From the IMG/VR virus record IMGVR_UViG_3300020202_000001, positions 62,001 to 126,000 of that record: 64,000 bases of DNA. One strand, 5' to 3'. The notes beneath the pieces are model-generated. The model searched no databases and was not told the origin of the DNA. It was given only the letters and a program-made list of their open reading frames with translations. Positions within the stretch are counted from its first letter, which is position 1. Each line of letters starts with the position of its first letter. The translations under genes and the position numbers were made by a program. Shown piece by piece: positions 37,646 through 47,057 of the stretch.

Positions 37646-39202
37646 ATGACGATGACGGCCAAGAAGCCGCTACCCAGGCTGGCCCCCGAGGGGCCAACCC
37701 AGAAACCACAACAGAGCGACGCGGACCGCCAGCGGAAGGCCCGCGTCGCCAAGCTCGCGAGCGAGGTGGCGACCACCACCGCCGAGAACGACGTGACCCT
37801 GACCCAGGCCGAGGTCAGCGAGGCGATCGAGATCTGCCGGGGCGTGTACAAGCTCCGCGGCGAGGACGGCCTGCAGCAGCTGAAGGGCGCGAAGATCACC
37901 GGCCGCGTCCTGATCGGGAAGCACCGGGAGCACGGCAACAGCGTCGAGGCGATGCTGCAGTCGCTGTTCCCGTCGTTGTTCGACAAGGTCGCCGGCGTCG
38001 ACGTGGACGCCGAGGCCAAGAAGCTGATGGCCGAGTGCGGGGCCGTGAAGATCACCTGGTCCTGGTTCCGCACCGGGATCAAGGTCGACAAGGCCTCGAA
38101 GGCGGCCATGGCGACGGCGGCCGGCACGACCGACAGCGGGTTCAGCGCGAACAAGCGGCTGATGGGCTCCACCCACCCGACGATCAAGGAGGCGAACGAG
38201 CTGCGGGGCCGGATCACCGGCTACGTCCGCGGGATCTCGCTCCCGGTCACGAAGCTCGGGGAGGCCGGCGGCAAGAAGAAGGAGGGCGGCGTCGTCCTGA
38301 TCCGCAAGAAGGACCTCGCCGACTTCGAGGAGCGGATGACCGCGTTCATCGCCGAGCTGAAGACGATGGAGCAGAAGGTCAACGACGCGATGCCCTCGAT
38401 CAAGGAGGCGGACCGCCAGCGGCTCGGCGAGCTGTTCAAGGAGGGCGACTACCCGCCGGCCGTGCAGCTCCGCATGGGGTACTACGCGGTCAACCTCGAA
38501 CCGCCGGCGTACCTGGAGAAGTTCGCCCCGAAGATGTTCGAGCGGGAGCGGCGGAAGGCCGAGGGCTGGTGGCAGGGCGTGTACGAGAACGCCGCCGCCG
38601 AGTTCATGGAGGAGTTCAAGGCGGTCATCGGCACCTGGGTCGAGGCCCTCGGCCCGATCGTCAAGATCTACCCGGACGAGGAGCACAAGCTCGCCCGGCT
38701 GAGCGGGGCGGAGGTCCGCCAGCGGATCACGAACAAGGAGGACCCCGACGTCCCGGTCGGCAAGGTGCAGCTCGTCGTCCGGTACAAGAAGCCGGGCGAC
38801 AAGAACATCACGGAGGAGACGCTCGCGCCGATGACGACGGCCGAGTACGCGGACCTGAAGCCGAACGAGACGGCCGACAAGTGCCGGACGTTCAAGAACA
38901 GCACGGTCGAGAACCTGCTCGACATGGTGACGAAGTTCCGCACGCTCGGGGCGACGATCTCCGCGAGCAAGGACTTCGCCGGGCTGGTGGACGAGATCGA
39001 GTCCCAGGTGAAGAAGGCCGGCAACAAGGCCGTCGACATCGGGGACGAGCTGCGGGTCAGCAAGAGCTTCCGCGGCACGATCCACGCCCTGATGCAGCAG
39101 GCGTCGGACAAGCTCGCCGGCGAGATCCAGACGTTCACCAAGCGGCGTCGCAAGGTGGACACGACCATCATGGCCGACGACCAGGTCGAGGCCGAGGAGT
39201 AG
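37646..39202 (+). CDS. DUF3150-like coiled-coil protein
   Basis: KRL...HP..K, RLGELFKEGDYP, FKNSTVENL segments; follows the Ycf46-like ATPase. Confidence 0.5.
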   Translation: MTMTAKKPLPRLAPEGPTQKPQQSDADRQRKARVAKLASEVATTTAENDVTLTQAEVSEAIEICRGVYKLRGEDGLQQLKGAKITGRVLIGKHREHGNSVEAMLQSLFPSLFDKVAGVDVDAEAKKLMAECGAVKITWSWFRTGIKVDKASKAAMATAAGTTDSGFSANKRLMGSTHPTIKEANELRGRITGYVRGISLPVTKLGEAGGKKKEGGVVLIRKKDLADFEERMTAFIAELKTMEQKVNDAMPSIKEADRQRLGELFKEGDYPPAVQLRMGYYAVNLEPPAYLEKFAPKMFERERRKAEGWWQGVYENAAAEFMEEFKAVIGTWVEALGPIVKIYPDEEHKLARLSGAEVRQRITNKEDPDVPVGKVQLVVRYKKPGDKNITEETLAPMTTAEYADLKPNETADKCRTFKNSTVENLLDMVTKFRTLGATISASKDFAGLVDEIESQVKKAGNKAVDIGDELRVSKSFRGTIHALMQQASDKLAGEIQTFTKRRRKVDTTIMADDQVEAEE

Positions 39203-39208
39203 CACGCG

Positions 39209-39877
39209 ATGTTCCCGACGCGAGGCAGCGACTGGCTGGACTACCCGCCCCAAGGGCTGGCGTGGGTGAAGCACGTCACCCGCCCATCGGACCTGAACCT
39301 GAACGAGTCGGGCGGGTACGCCTTCTCGTTGACGTTCAGCAACTTCGACAAGAAGGTCCTGATGGGGCCGGACGACTTCCTGCTGGTCGCCGCACAGGAG
39401 GACAACCCGGCCGCCGACACCGGCGCGCCGGGTGGTCCTCCGCGTCGGTACCGCTTCGTGCTCGTCAGCGGGAAGGTGACGCGGGACTTCGACGACAAGG
39501 ACGTGATCTCGCCCGTGCGGGACCACGACATCCGGGTCGCGTACCAGAAGGCCCTGCAGGCCGGGATCGTGCCCGAGCACAAGGTGCAGAGCGGGCGGCA
39601 CAACCAGATCTACCAGATGGCGGTGTACTGCTACATGCACTACCACGCCAACGGACACCCGGCGGCCGTGCCGGCGAAGGCGAAGAAGTTCGTCCCGCCC
39701 AAGGCCGTCGTCCCGTTCCCCGGCCTGGCCCGAAAGAAGCGACGCATCGACGTCGGCCTGCTGGCCGACGAGGACCGGGACGACCCGGCCGAGGAGACGA
39801 AGAAGGAGCGGCCGCGTGGCCAAGCGAAAGCCGGCAGGCGGAAGCCCCGCCGACCCCCGCCCGACTACCGACTGTGA
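39209..39877 (+). CDS. Hypothetical protein
   Basis: 222-aa ORF with basic C-terminus. Confidence 0.55.
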   Translation: MFPTRGSDWLDYPPQGLAWVKHVTRPSDLNLNESGGYAFSLTFSNFDKKVLMGPDDFLLVAAQEDNPAADTGAPGGPPRRYRFVLVSGKVTRDFDDKDVISPVRDHDIRVAYQKALQAGIVPEHKVQSGRHNQIYQMAVYCYMHYHANGHPAAVPAKAKKFVPPKAVVPFPGLARKKRRIDVGLLADEDRDDPAEETKKERPRGQAKAGRRKPRRPPPDYRL

Positions 39878-40430
39878 GAAGCCGGGGGCGTCGCCGTGCA
39901 AGCAGTGCCCGTTCAAGAAGACGAGCATGCGGGGCTACACCGGCCCGCACAAGCACTTCGTCGAGATCCTCCAGATCGTCCACAAGGACGGGAAGTTCCC
40001 CTGCCACATGCGGGTGAACGCGATCCTGGAGAAGGCCCGCGAGAAGCGGGGGCGGGCGGAGGGCGAGGAGACGAAGAAGGAGTTCGACAAGGCGTGGGAC
40101 AAGGCCCCGTTCTGCACGGGAGCCCTGGCCTACGCCAACAACACCTGCAAGCTCGTGCGGCACCCCTCCGGTGCCCCGCACGCCGACCGGATCGGCGAGC
40201 GTGACGACGTGTTCCAAGACGCCGTGGAGGCCCAGGTCTACCACCACGGCGAACGCGACGTCCGCGAGATCATGTTCGGCCACAAGCTCCCGGTGAAGAC
40301 CGTCCGGGACTGGGTCAAGCGAAAGGCGAAGACCGATGCAGAAGATCAGCGAGGACGACGCGGTCAACAAGCTGACCAACTGGGCACGAAACGTCGCGGA
40401 CCTCGACGACCTCGCACGCGAGGTCAGTGA
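39816..40430 (+). CDS. Cys-rich protein (PCxxCPF...FPCH...FCTGA; DUF6283-like, tentative)
   Basis: Cys/His motif spacing. Confidence 0.5.
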   Translation: MAKRKPAGGSPADPRPTTDCEKPGASPCKQCPFKKTSMRGYTGPHKHFVEILQIVHKDGKFPCHMRVNAILEKAREKRGRAEGEETKKEFDKAWDKAPFCTGALAYANNTCKLVRHPSGAPHADRIGERDDVFQDAVEAQVYHHGERDVREIMFGHKLPVKTVRDWVKRKAKTDAEDQRGRRGQQADQLGTKRRGPRRPRTRGQ

Positions 40431-40548
40431 GATCACGACGGACGGCCCGGTCGTGGTGGTCGGCGGCGACGGCACGGAGAGCGACGTCTTCAAGGACGGC
40501 GTCCGCGTCGAGGAGGACGAAGGGAAGAAGCCCGATGGCGGCGAGTAA
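40336..40548 (+). CDS. Small acidic hypothetical protein
   Basis: 70 aa, GC3-rich codons. Confidence 0.55.
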   Translation: MQKISEDDAVNKLTNWARNVADLDDLAREVSEITTDGPVVVVGGDGTESDVFKDGVRVEEDEGKKPDGGE

Positions 40549-40747
40549 GGCTCAGCTGCAGACGGCCGCGAGGCTGCGGAAAGAAGGGTTCAACAAGTCC
40601 CGGGTGTCCGACACGCCCAGGTACGTTCGCGTCGGCTGCGACCAGTGCCAAGCCATGGTCGTCAACAACGTCGCGATCCACGAGGCCGGCTGCCCGAACG
40701 AGCGGCGGTCGAGGAGGAACGACGACGATGAGTACGACACGGACTGA
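40535..40747 (+). CDS. Small CxxC-H-C metal-binding protein
   Basis: Start ATG 40535; GCDQCQAMVVNNVAIHEAGCPN. Confidence 0.6.
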   Translation: MAASKAQLQTAARLRKEGFNKSRVSDTPRYVRVGCDQCQAMVVNNVAIHEAGCPNERRSRRNDDDEYDTD

Positions 40748-41264
40748 GTTCGGCTTCGAGCGGACGAAGTGCGGGTGCCGCAAGTGCAGCATCAACTGCG
40801 AGCACATCCCCGGCTTCCTCGTGCCGGCCGACGTCCCGCGGATCGCGGCGAAGCTCGGGTACACCGACCTGGGCAAGTTCGCCGAGGAGAACCTGCGGGC
40901 GTCGCCGGGCTGGAAGATCGGGATGCGGGACAACCGCACCGGCGAGGTGACGGGGGCCATCCGGCTCCCGACGCTCGTGCCGGCCCGCCAGGAGAACGGG
41001 CACTGCAAGTTCCTCAAGGAGGGGCGGTGCCAGATCCACGACGTGGCCCCGTACGGGTGCGCGTTCTTCGACGAGCACATGACCGACCCCGAGGGCGACC
41101 GCCGATCGCAGGCGGCCCTGATGGCGGTGGCCGAGGACAACGACGCCGAGGGCGACTACCACCTGCTGGGGCACTACCTCCGCAGCAAGGGGCTCGACGC
41201 CCCGGGACCCGAGGTGACGCGGCCGAGGCTGTACCTGGCCCGGCTGCTGGAAGGCCTGACCTGA
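40728..41264 (+). CDS. YkgJ-like Cys-cluster (Fe-S/Zn) protein
   Basis: CGCRKCSINC...HCKFL..GRCQIHDVAPYGCAFF. Confidence 0.65.
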   Translation: MSTTRTEFGFERTKCGCRKCSINCEHIPGFLVPADVPRIAAKLGYTDLGKFAEENLRASPGWKIGMRDNRTGEVTGAIRLPTLVPARQENGHCKFLKEGRCQIHDVAPYGCAFFDEHMTDPEGDRRSQAALMAVAEDNDAEGDYHLLGHYLRSKGLDAPGPEVTRPRLYLARLLEGLT

Positions 41265-41626
41265 TGGCGAAGATCACCAACCACCACTTCACGGCCGAGG
41301 TCCGCGACGGCTGCATCCGCGTGAGCGACAGGGCCGGGGTGGAGTGCTTCACGGCCCGGGCGGTCATGCACCCCAACAGCTCGCACACCCGCCCGGGCTG
41401 GGCGGTGGTGGCGGGCAAGCTGACGTGGCCGAGCATCCCGCGGCACGAGCTGTACACGATGCTGGCGGCGTTCGGGTTCCTCGCCGGCCAGCGGAAGAAG
41501 CTGACCAACGCGGGAGCCCGGGCCGGCGGCTTCGACCTGGGCCAGCCGCTGGTGACGAACGGCAACGTCAAGGAGCCCGACGAGGACGACGACCATGAGC
41601 AAAGCGAAGAGGGGGCCGAGGGGTAA
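41264..41626 (+). CDS. Hypothetical protein (120 aa)
   Basis: Start ATG 41264 (TGATG coupling). Confidence 0.55.
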   Translation: MAKITNHHFTAEVRDGCIRVSDRAGVECFTARAVMHPNSSHTRPGWAVVAGKLTWPSIPRHELYTMLAAFGFLAGQRKKLTNAGARAGGFDLGQPLVTNGNVKEPDEDDDHEQSEEGAEG

Positions 41627-41996
41627 CGTCGGGACGGCACCGCCGCCCGCCGGCAAACCCGGCCCCAAGCCGCGGTACATCATCAACACGGGGAGCCAGC
41701 TGCCCGGCTGGTTCTCCGACAAGACCCCGGACAGCCCGGTCACGAACCCGGGCCTCGCGACGCAGTTCTTCCACAAGGAGGCCTGCGCCGCCGAGGGCCG
41801 GCTCCGCCGCATCGGGTTCAAGGGAGCCACGATCGAGCCGGTGCGGCCGTGGTACCACGTCATGTCCGCCCTCTCGAATCACTTCACGATCGAGGAGGCG
41901 GTCGAGGCAAGGAAGAAGTGCGACAACCCCGCCAGCGACATCCTGCTCTACGAGCCGGACGGCGAGGGCGGGTGGACGTACAGGAAGGTCGGCTGA
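41595..41996 (+). CDS. Hypothetical protein
   Basis: 133-aa ORF. Confidence 0.55.
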   Translation: MSKAKRGPRGNVGTAPPPAGKPGPKPRYIINTGSQLPGWFSDKTPDSPVTNPGLATQFFHKEACAAEGRLRRIGFKGATIEPVRPWYHVMSALSNHFTIEEAVEARKKCDNPASDILLYEPDGEGGWTYRKVG

Positions 41997-41997
41997 G

Positions 41998-42201
41998 ATG
42001 AGCATCCGCAGACGCGACCCACGCAGCTTCTACCAGGGCCTGTTCTTCTCGGCCCTCGGCATCAGCGTCGGGACGATCGCCGGCGTCAAGGTGGACCCGA
42101 ACTACAACTGGATGAACGTCGCCTTCGGCGTCGGCGTCTGGCTGGCGTTCGCCGGCCTGCTGTGGTTCCTGTTCATGAAACGAACCAGGCCCAATGGCTG
42201 A
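41998..42201 (+). CDS. Small two-helix membrane protein
   Basis: Two hydrophobic segments. Confidence 0.55.
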   Translation: MSIRRRDPRSFYQGLFFSALGISVGTIAGVKVDPNYNWMNVAFGVGVWLAFAGLLWFLFMKRTRPNG

Positions 42202-42550
42202 CGAGATCGTCATCAACTTCGGGCTGGGCGGCACCGTGCGTGCCGTCCACGACGACGACTACCCCTTCATGGAGGTGCACGGGTGTGCGCCTCCGCGGAG
42301 GGCGTCGCACGTCGAACCGATCCAGTCCGGCCCGCACGCGGGCTGGTGGCACGTCGACATGACCCCGCTCGGGGACGGCTTCGCGTACTGCCTGTGGCCC
42401 CCGCTGCGGACCCGCAAGGAAGCCCTCGCCGTCGAGGTCGAGCACGTACAAGCGAGGTGGGTCAATGGCCAAGGGAAAGAACCCCAAGGCGAAGCAGCCC
42501 AAGACGTTCGTCCAGCGGGTGACGGCGTGGACGCGGGGCAACCTGAGTAA
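42194..42550 (+). CDS. Hypothetical protein
   Basis: RRASHVEP...WWHVDMTPLG; 8-nt overlap with the previous gene. Confidence 0.55.
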   Translation: MADEIVINFGLGGTVRAVHDDDYPFMEVHGCAPPRRASHVEPIQSGPHAGWWHVDMTPLGDGFAYCLWPPLRTRKEALAVEVEHVQARWVNGQGKEPQGEAAQDVRPAGDGVDAGQPE

Positions 42551-43082
42551 GGGCCGGGCGGACGTCACGCGGGACAAGGACCTGGTGGCGGCCGCCCGGG
42601 CGTCGTGGCAGTCGTTCTCGAACGCCCGGCCCCGGACGGCGTCGCTGACGCTGTCCGGCGTCATCACGCTCCACCAGATCTACGAGCTGGGCGAGATCTT
42701 CAACGGGTCGAGCGGCAACCCCGCCCTCGACATCGTCGACACGCTGGCGCTGGAGGAGCACCTGAAGGTCGACCAGCTGGCGGACGGGATCGTCAAGGCC
42801 CTGCTCGGGCCGGCGATCGACAGCGACAAGGGCGTCACGCCGACCGGCGTGAAGGCCAAGGCGATCCTGAACGTCGTGTTCGGCGACGGCGACGACCCGA
42901 GGGAGACCGCCCTCAAGGCGATCGCCGGCGTCGGGCTCGACAACGCGACCGTGTGCCTCGGCATGGTGCTGATGCTCAACGGCGTCCGCGAGCACGGCCG
43001 TACGTTCGCGTACGGCGAGCTGGCGGACGTGCTCGGGGCGACGCGGTACCTGATCGAGAAGACCGGCAAGGAAACCACATGA
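42465..43082 (+). CDS. Hypothetical protein
   Basis: 205-aa GC3-rich ORF. Confidence 0.55.
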   Translation: MAKGKNPKAKQPKTFVQRVTAWTRGNLSKGRADVTRDKDLVAAARASWQSFSNARPRTASLTLSGVITLHQIYELGEIFNGSSGNPALDIVDTLALEEHLKVDQLADGIVKALLGPAIDSDKGVTPTGVKAKAILNVVFGDGDDPRETALKAIAGVGLDNATVCLGMVLMLNGVREHGRTFAYGELADVLGATRYLIEKTGKETT

Positions 43083-43729
43083 CCGACACCAACACCACCG
43101 CCGCGACGGCGGAACCGATGAAGACCAACAACGAGCAGACGACGATCGAGCCGCTGCCCGACCCGCTGGAGTTCGTGCGGCGGGCCGTCTACTCGTACCT
43201 GCCGGCCCACATCAACAAGCGGTGGGGCGAGGGCCTCCACGGCCTGCGGTTCACCGACACCGGCATGGCCCGCGCGTGCCAGATCTTCGGGTGGATCACG
43301 GGCATCGCGTCCGTGCCCGACGAGCCGGACTCGCTGGCGCTGAAGTTCGCCCGGCAGGCGGCGGCGGACATCTGCAAGCAGTTCGACTGGCTCGCCTGCT
43401 ACGGCGGGCACCTGGTCGACCCGTTCGTGGGCGAGGACCCGAACCCGCGGCGGTACGACGTCAAGACGCCCCGCTACATCGTAGAGCTGGGCGACGACGG
43501 CGGCATCAACGGGTTCAGCGTCCTCTGGCTGGTCGCGGTCCACCCGGACCACCAGAACGTCGCCGACCGGCAGTACGTGGCGAAGTACGACGAGCGGTTC
43601 CCCCGCGGGCCGGCGTACCGCTACACCCGCAGCATGAACGGCGGCCTCCTGTACCACGGCCCGGCGGCCGGGGAGCAGTGGGCCGTCAACCTGACCGGCG
43701 GCGGGGGCCTCTGGTCGATCCACACGTAG
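43079..43729 (+). CDS. Hypothetical protein (216 aa)
   Basis: Start ATG 43079 (ATGA overlap). Confidence 0.6.
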   Translation: MTDTNTTAATAEPMKTNNEQTTIEPLPDPLEFVRRAVYSYLPAHINKRWGEGLHGLRFTDTGMARACQIFGWITGIASVPDEPDSLALKFARQAAADICKQFDWLACYGGHLVDPFVGEDPNPRRYDVKTPRYIVELGDDGGINGFSVLWLVAVHPDHQNVADRQYVAKYDERFPRGPAYRYTRSMNGGLLYHGPAAGEQWAVNLTGGGGLWSIHT

Positions 43730-43735
43730 GCACCC

Positions 43736-44107
43736 ATGGCCGAAGCGTTGAGGTACTACAAGGACTGCGTCAACCACGACGACCGCGACGTCGAGCTGCT
43801 AAACGACTGCGTGGAGCGCGAGCGGGAGATCTCCCGCCGGACGTTCCTGAAGTACGTCGACTCGGCCAGCCTCCACGACGTCGAGCGGAAGCTCGGGTAC
43901 GAGAACGCGCCGGCGAAGGGCCTGATGATGGCGGGCGACTACCACGTCCGCTATCACCGGAGCACCTACGCCGGCCACCCGTGCGTGTACTTCGTGCACA
44001 GCGCGATCGAGCACCTGTTCCTCCCGCCGGCCGCGATCGCGGAACTGGAGAAGCGGTTCAGCAGGAAGAGCGGCCAGCTCGAACTGGCCAGGAGCTGTCA
44101 ACGATGA
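43736..44107 (+). CDS. Hypothetical protein
   Basis: 123 aa; PCVYFVHSAIEHLF. Confidence 0.6.
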   Translation: MAEALRYYKDCVNHDDRDVELLNDCVEREREISRRTFLKYVDSASLHDVERKLGYENAPAKGLMMAGDYHVRYHRSTYAGHPCVYFVHSAIEHLFLPPAAIAELEKRFSRKSGQLELARSCQR

Positions 44108-45180
44108 CCGAGCTGACCATCAGCGGGCAACGACCCAAGCGCGTCAACGACTTCAACAAGAACCTCACGGTCGAGACGTCGACCGACCCGGACCCCGAGG
44201 CCGGGTGCGGGTGCGGGGAGAACTGCAACCGCAGCCCCGGCGACGCGTGCCCGATCGCGGAGATGCCCGTCTGGGAGGTCCTCTTCCCGGGCTTCGACGG
44301 CGGCACGGACGCGACCGACAACCTCGTGAAGTGGGTGAAGGCGGCGACGGCCCGACAGGTCGGCCTGTACCTCGCCCGCCACCACCCGACGAAGGCCCTC
44401 GACTGCAAGGTCCTGCCCACGGACCTGAACGTCGGGTTCGGCGAGGGGCTCGACCTGGTGATCGACCAGGAGGGCGACGAGTGGGTCGGCGGGCTGCTGC
44501 AGGACGTGGACCCGCGGCCCGGGGCCGGCGGCACGCTGTGGAAGCTCGGCGACCAGATGCGGGACCGGCGGATGGAGAACCTCGACGAGCAGATCGTCGC
44601 CCGGTTCCTCGACCCCGAGCCGATCTCGCTGAAGGAGTACAACGAGCTGCGGACGAACAGCTACGGGTACAAGCTGCTCTACCCGAAGCTGGACGACGAG
44701 GCGCTGGCCGCCGCCGTCGAGAACACGCTGAAGAACTGCGAGCCCGGCCACCCGTACACGCCGGCCGGCAGCTACGACAAGGCAATGGTGCAGGACTTCG
44801 GGCCGATCCTGCTCAAGCGGCTCAAGGCCGACCTGGAGCGGACGAAGAGCGTGGCGACGACCGGCGACCGCATCCGGGTCGGGTTCCGCAACGACACCGT
44901 CCACGAGGTCACGGTCACGCTCGACCTCGGGCTCAGCCTCCTGTTCAGCGTCTCGCTCGACCGCGGCGAGGTGCTATCGGGGCCGAGGCTCGTCCACGCG
45001 ATGATGTCCAACGCGCACGACTACCTGGGCGTGCTGCTGTCATCGGGCGAGTACACGGCCGAGAAGTTCCCCAGCGACGAGGAAGGCGTGCCCGACCACA
45101 TGATCGACTTCGAGATCGTGGACGCGTACGCCGAGACCAAGGGTGCCCCGAAGGTGAACGTGGTGCCCAAGGAAGGATGA
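44104..45180 (+). CDS. Hypothetical protein (358 aa)
   Basis: Start ATG 44104 (ATGA overlap); CGCGENC..C near the N-terminus. Confidence 0.6.
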   Translation: MTELTISGQRPKRVNDFNKNLTVETSTDPDPEAGCGCGENCNRSPGDACPIAEMPVWEVLFPGFDGGTDATDNLVKWVKAATARQVGLYLARHHPTKALDCKVLPTDLNVGFGEGLDLVIDQEGDEWVGGLLQDVDPRPGAGGTLWKLGDQMRDRRMENLDEQIVARFLDPEPISLKEYNELRTNSYGYKLLYPKLDDEALAAAVENTLKNCEPGHPYTPAGSYDKAMVQDFGPILLKRLKADLERTKSVATTGDRIRVGFRNDTVHEVTVTLDLGLSLLFSVSLDRGEVLSGPRLVHAMMSNAHDYLGVLLSSGEYTAEKFPSDEEGVPDHMIDFEIVDAYAETKGAPKVNVVPKEG

Positions 45181-45437
45181 CCGTGCGGTTCTGCAACCAC
45201 TGCGAGGAGCCGGTCCTCGACTTCGAGGAGGCGCGGACCATCAACAACATCCCACGCGGCATCCACCTGGAGTGCCTGATCCGCGGCGTGTCCGGTTCCG
45301 TGGGCCACCAGCGCGGCCAGTGCGAGTGCCACGGGATCACGGACACGAGCGAGGAGGGCATGACCCGCCGCGAGGCGGCCAAGGCCGCGTACGAGGAGTG
45401 GAAGCAACGCAACCCGCCCGCCGAGCAGTGGGCGTGA
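45177..45437 (+). CDS. Small Cys/His metal-binding protein (86 aa)
   Basis: CNHC...HLEC...GSVGHQRGQCECHG. Confidence 0.6.
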   Translation: MTVRFCNHCEEPVLDFEEARTINNIPRGIHLECLIRGVSGSVGHQRGQCECHGITDTSEEGMTRREAAKAAYEEWKQRNPPAEQWA

Positions 45438-45438
45438 A

Positions 45439-45458
45439 TCCAAAAACCGGTTTTGAGA
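45439..45458. promoter_or_regulatory. Dispersed palindrome, copy 7 (TCCAAAAACCGGTTTTGAGA)
   Basis: 1 nt after TGA 45437, directly upstream of the AAGGAGG SD of 45469. Confidence 0.85.
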
Positions 45459-45468
45459 AGGAGGCACC

Positions 45469-45888
45469 GTGACCGAGTCGGAGTTCCACGCCCAGCGGCG
45501 GATGTTCGCGATCGTCCACCACGAGGTTAAGATCGCGGCGGCCGGCGACAGGCGTTCCCACCGCGAGTGGTTCATGGCCGAGGGGTGGATCTCCGCACAG
45601 CCGGGCTGCACCGGCATGCAGGACCACGTCCGCGGCTACTACCTCGACGGCCAGCTGGTGATGTACAAGCGGACGGACGGCGACGACTTCAGCCACTTCG
45701 GGGTCGCCCACCTGCTGACGGTGGAGCACCTCCGGGAGCTGAAGGAGAAGCTCGCGATCCCCGACGACGCCGAGGTCTGGGTCGGCGCGAAGCCGGACCA
45801 GGCCGGCAAGGTCTGGCGGGGTCACGCCCGGCTGGGCCGCGACTTCGCCCACGCGGTCCAGACGCTCGAACGATTCAAGAAGGAGTGA
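45469..45888 (+). CDS. Hypothetical protein
   Basis: AAGGAGG SD and GTG start. Confidence 0.6.
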   Translation: MTESEFHAQRRMFAIVHHEVKIAAAGDRRSHREWFMAEGWISAQPGCTGMQDHVRGYYLDGQLVMYKRTDGDDFSHFGVAHLLTVEHLRELKEKLAIPDDAEVWVGAKPDQAGKVWRGHARLGRDFAHAVQTLERFKKE

Positions 45889-45890
45889 CC

Positions 45891-47054
45891 TTGGCCGAGA
45901 AGAAGGAGAACAAGCCCCGCATCTGGGTGCCGGAGGTGGAGGGGCAGCTCGTCTGCTGCCACCACAACGGCTTCCGGGTCGGCCGGCTGACGCAGCTGAA
46001 GTACGACCCCAACACGAAGCAGGTGATCGAGATCCGCATCGCCACCTACGGCGGCGACGAGCACGTCAACCAGGGCTACAACGGCCCCGAGGCGACGCTC
46101 ACCGACCGCCGGCACTTCGTCTCGACCGGCCAGCACATCGTGTGCGGCATGCTCCTCGGGAAGACCGACATCCAGCACCTCGACGACGTGGTGACGGAGG
46201 TGGTCGAGGGGACCCGGGAGCTGCGCAAGCCCGAGATCATCCACATGCCCAAACCGGACAAAACGACGCGGTCAGCACCCGCGAAGCAGGCTCAACAGGA
46301 GAAACCCGACAAAACGGAAGCCGCCCCACCCAAGCGGCAGCCGCGCCAGGCCCCGCCAGACGCCCCAGGAGCGACGAAGAAGGCCCGGGAGGTGTCCACG
46401 GAGCCCCCGAAGGCCGGAAAGGCCCAGAGGCAGCCCCGCAAGCCCGTCCCGGAGGCACCGGTGGACCTCGAAGCGGAGGTCGAGGGCTGGGACACGGACG
46501 CGGACGCCGAGGTGGCGGCCGAGGCCGACGCCCAGGAGGACCAAGGCCCCGGGGCGGACGACCTCGACTTCGAGGAGGACCCCGCCCCGCAGCGGCTCGT
46601 GCCGGCCGACGACGTCGACCCGAAGGCGATCCCGCCGCTCGTGAAGATCCAGACGACCGTGCAGGACGAGCTGCTGACCGAGCGGCTGGCGGCCGTGCTG
46701 AAGGCGAACCCGAAGCTGATGAAGGAGTCGAGCGCCCCGGGCGAGCCCCGGTGGGACGTGAAGTGCCCGGACGGGGCGACGCTCGACATCGGCGGGTACG
46801 GGCCGGAGCCGCGCGAGAAGCACAAGCCGGTGAAGGCGACCGTGCTCCACGTCGTCGGGTACACCCCGCCGCCGAAGGAGGGCCGGGCACCGGGCGGCGG
46901 GTTCATGGGCTCGACCATGCCGGCCGCGCTGGTGCACGGGTCCGTCCGCCAGCTCTGCAAGAAATACGAGACCGAGGCCCCCAAGGCCCCGGCCAAGCCG
47001 CTGCCCAAGCTCGACCTGAGCGGCGACGACGACGACTACTTCAAGGAGACGTGA
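45891..47054 (+). CDS. Hypothetical two-domain protein with a Lys/Pro-rich then acidic disordered linker (387 aa)
   Basis: TTG 45891 with AAGGAG SD. Confidence 0.6.
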   Translation: MAEKKENKPRIWVPEVEGQLVCCHHNGFRVGRLTQLKYDPNTKQVIEIRIATYGGDEHVNQGYNGPEATLTDRRHFVSTGQHIVCGMLLGKTDIQHLDDVVTEVVEGTRELRKPEIIHMPKPDKTTRSAPAKQAQQEKPDKTEAAPPKRQPRQAPPDAPGATKKAREVSTEPPKAGKAQRQPRKPVPEAPVDLEAEVEGWDTDADAEVAAEADAQEDQGPGADDLDFEEDPAPQRLVPADDVDPKAIPPLVKIQTTVQDELLTERLAAVLKANPKLMKESSAPGEPRWDVKCPDGATLDIGGYGPEPREKHKPVKATVLHVVGYTPPPKEGRAPGGGFMGSTMPAALVHGSVRQLCKKYETEAPKAPAKPLPKLDLSGDDDDYFKET

Positions 47055-47057
47055 GCC

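Noticed and set aside
46250-46320. Short direct repeat AAACC(G/C)GACAAAACG encoding KPDKT twice
   Set aside because: A local duplication in a disordered linker with no further copies.
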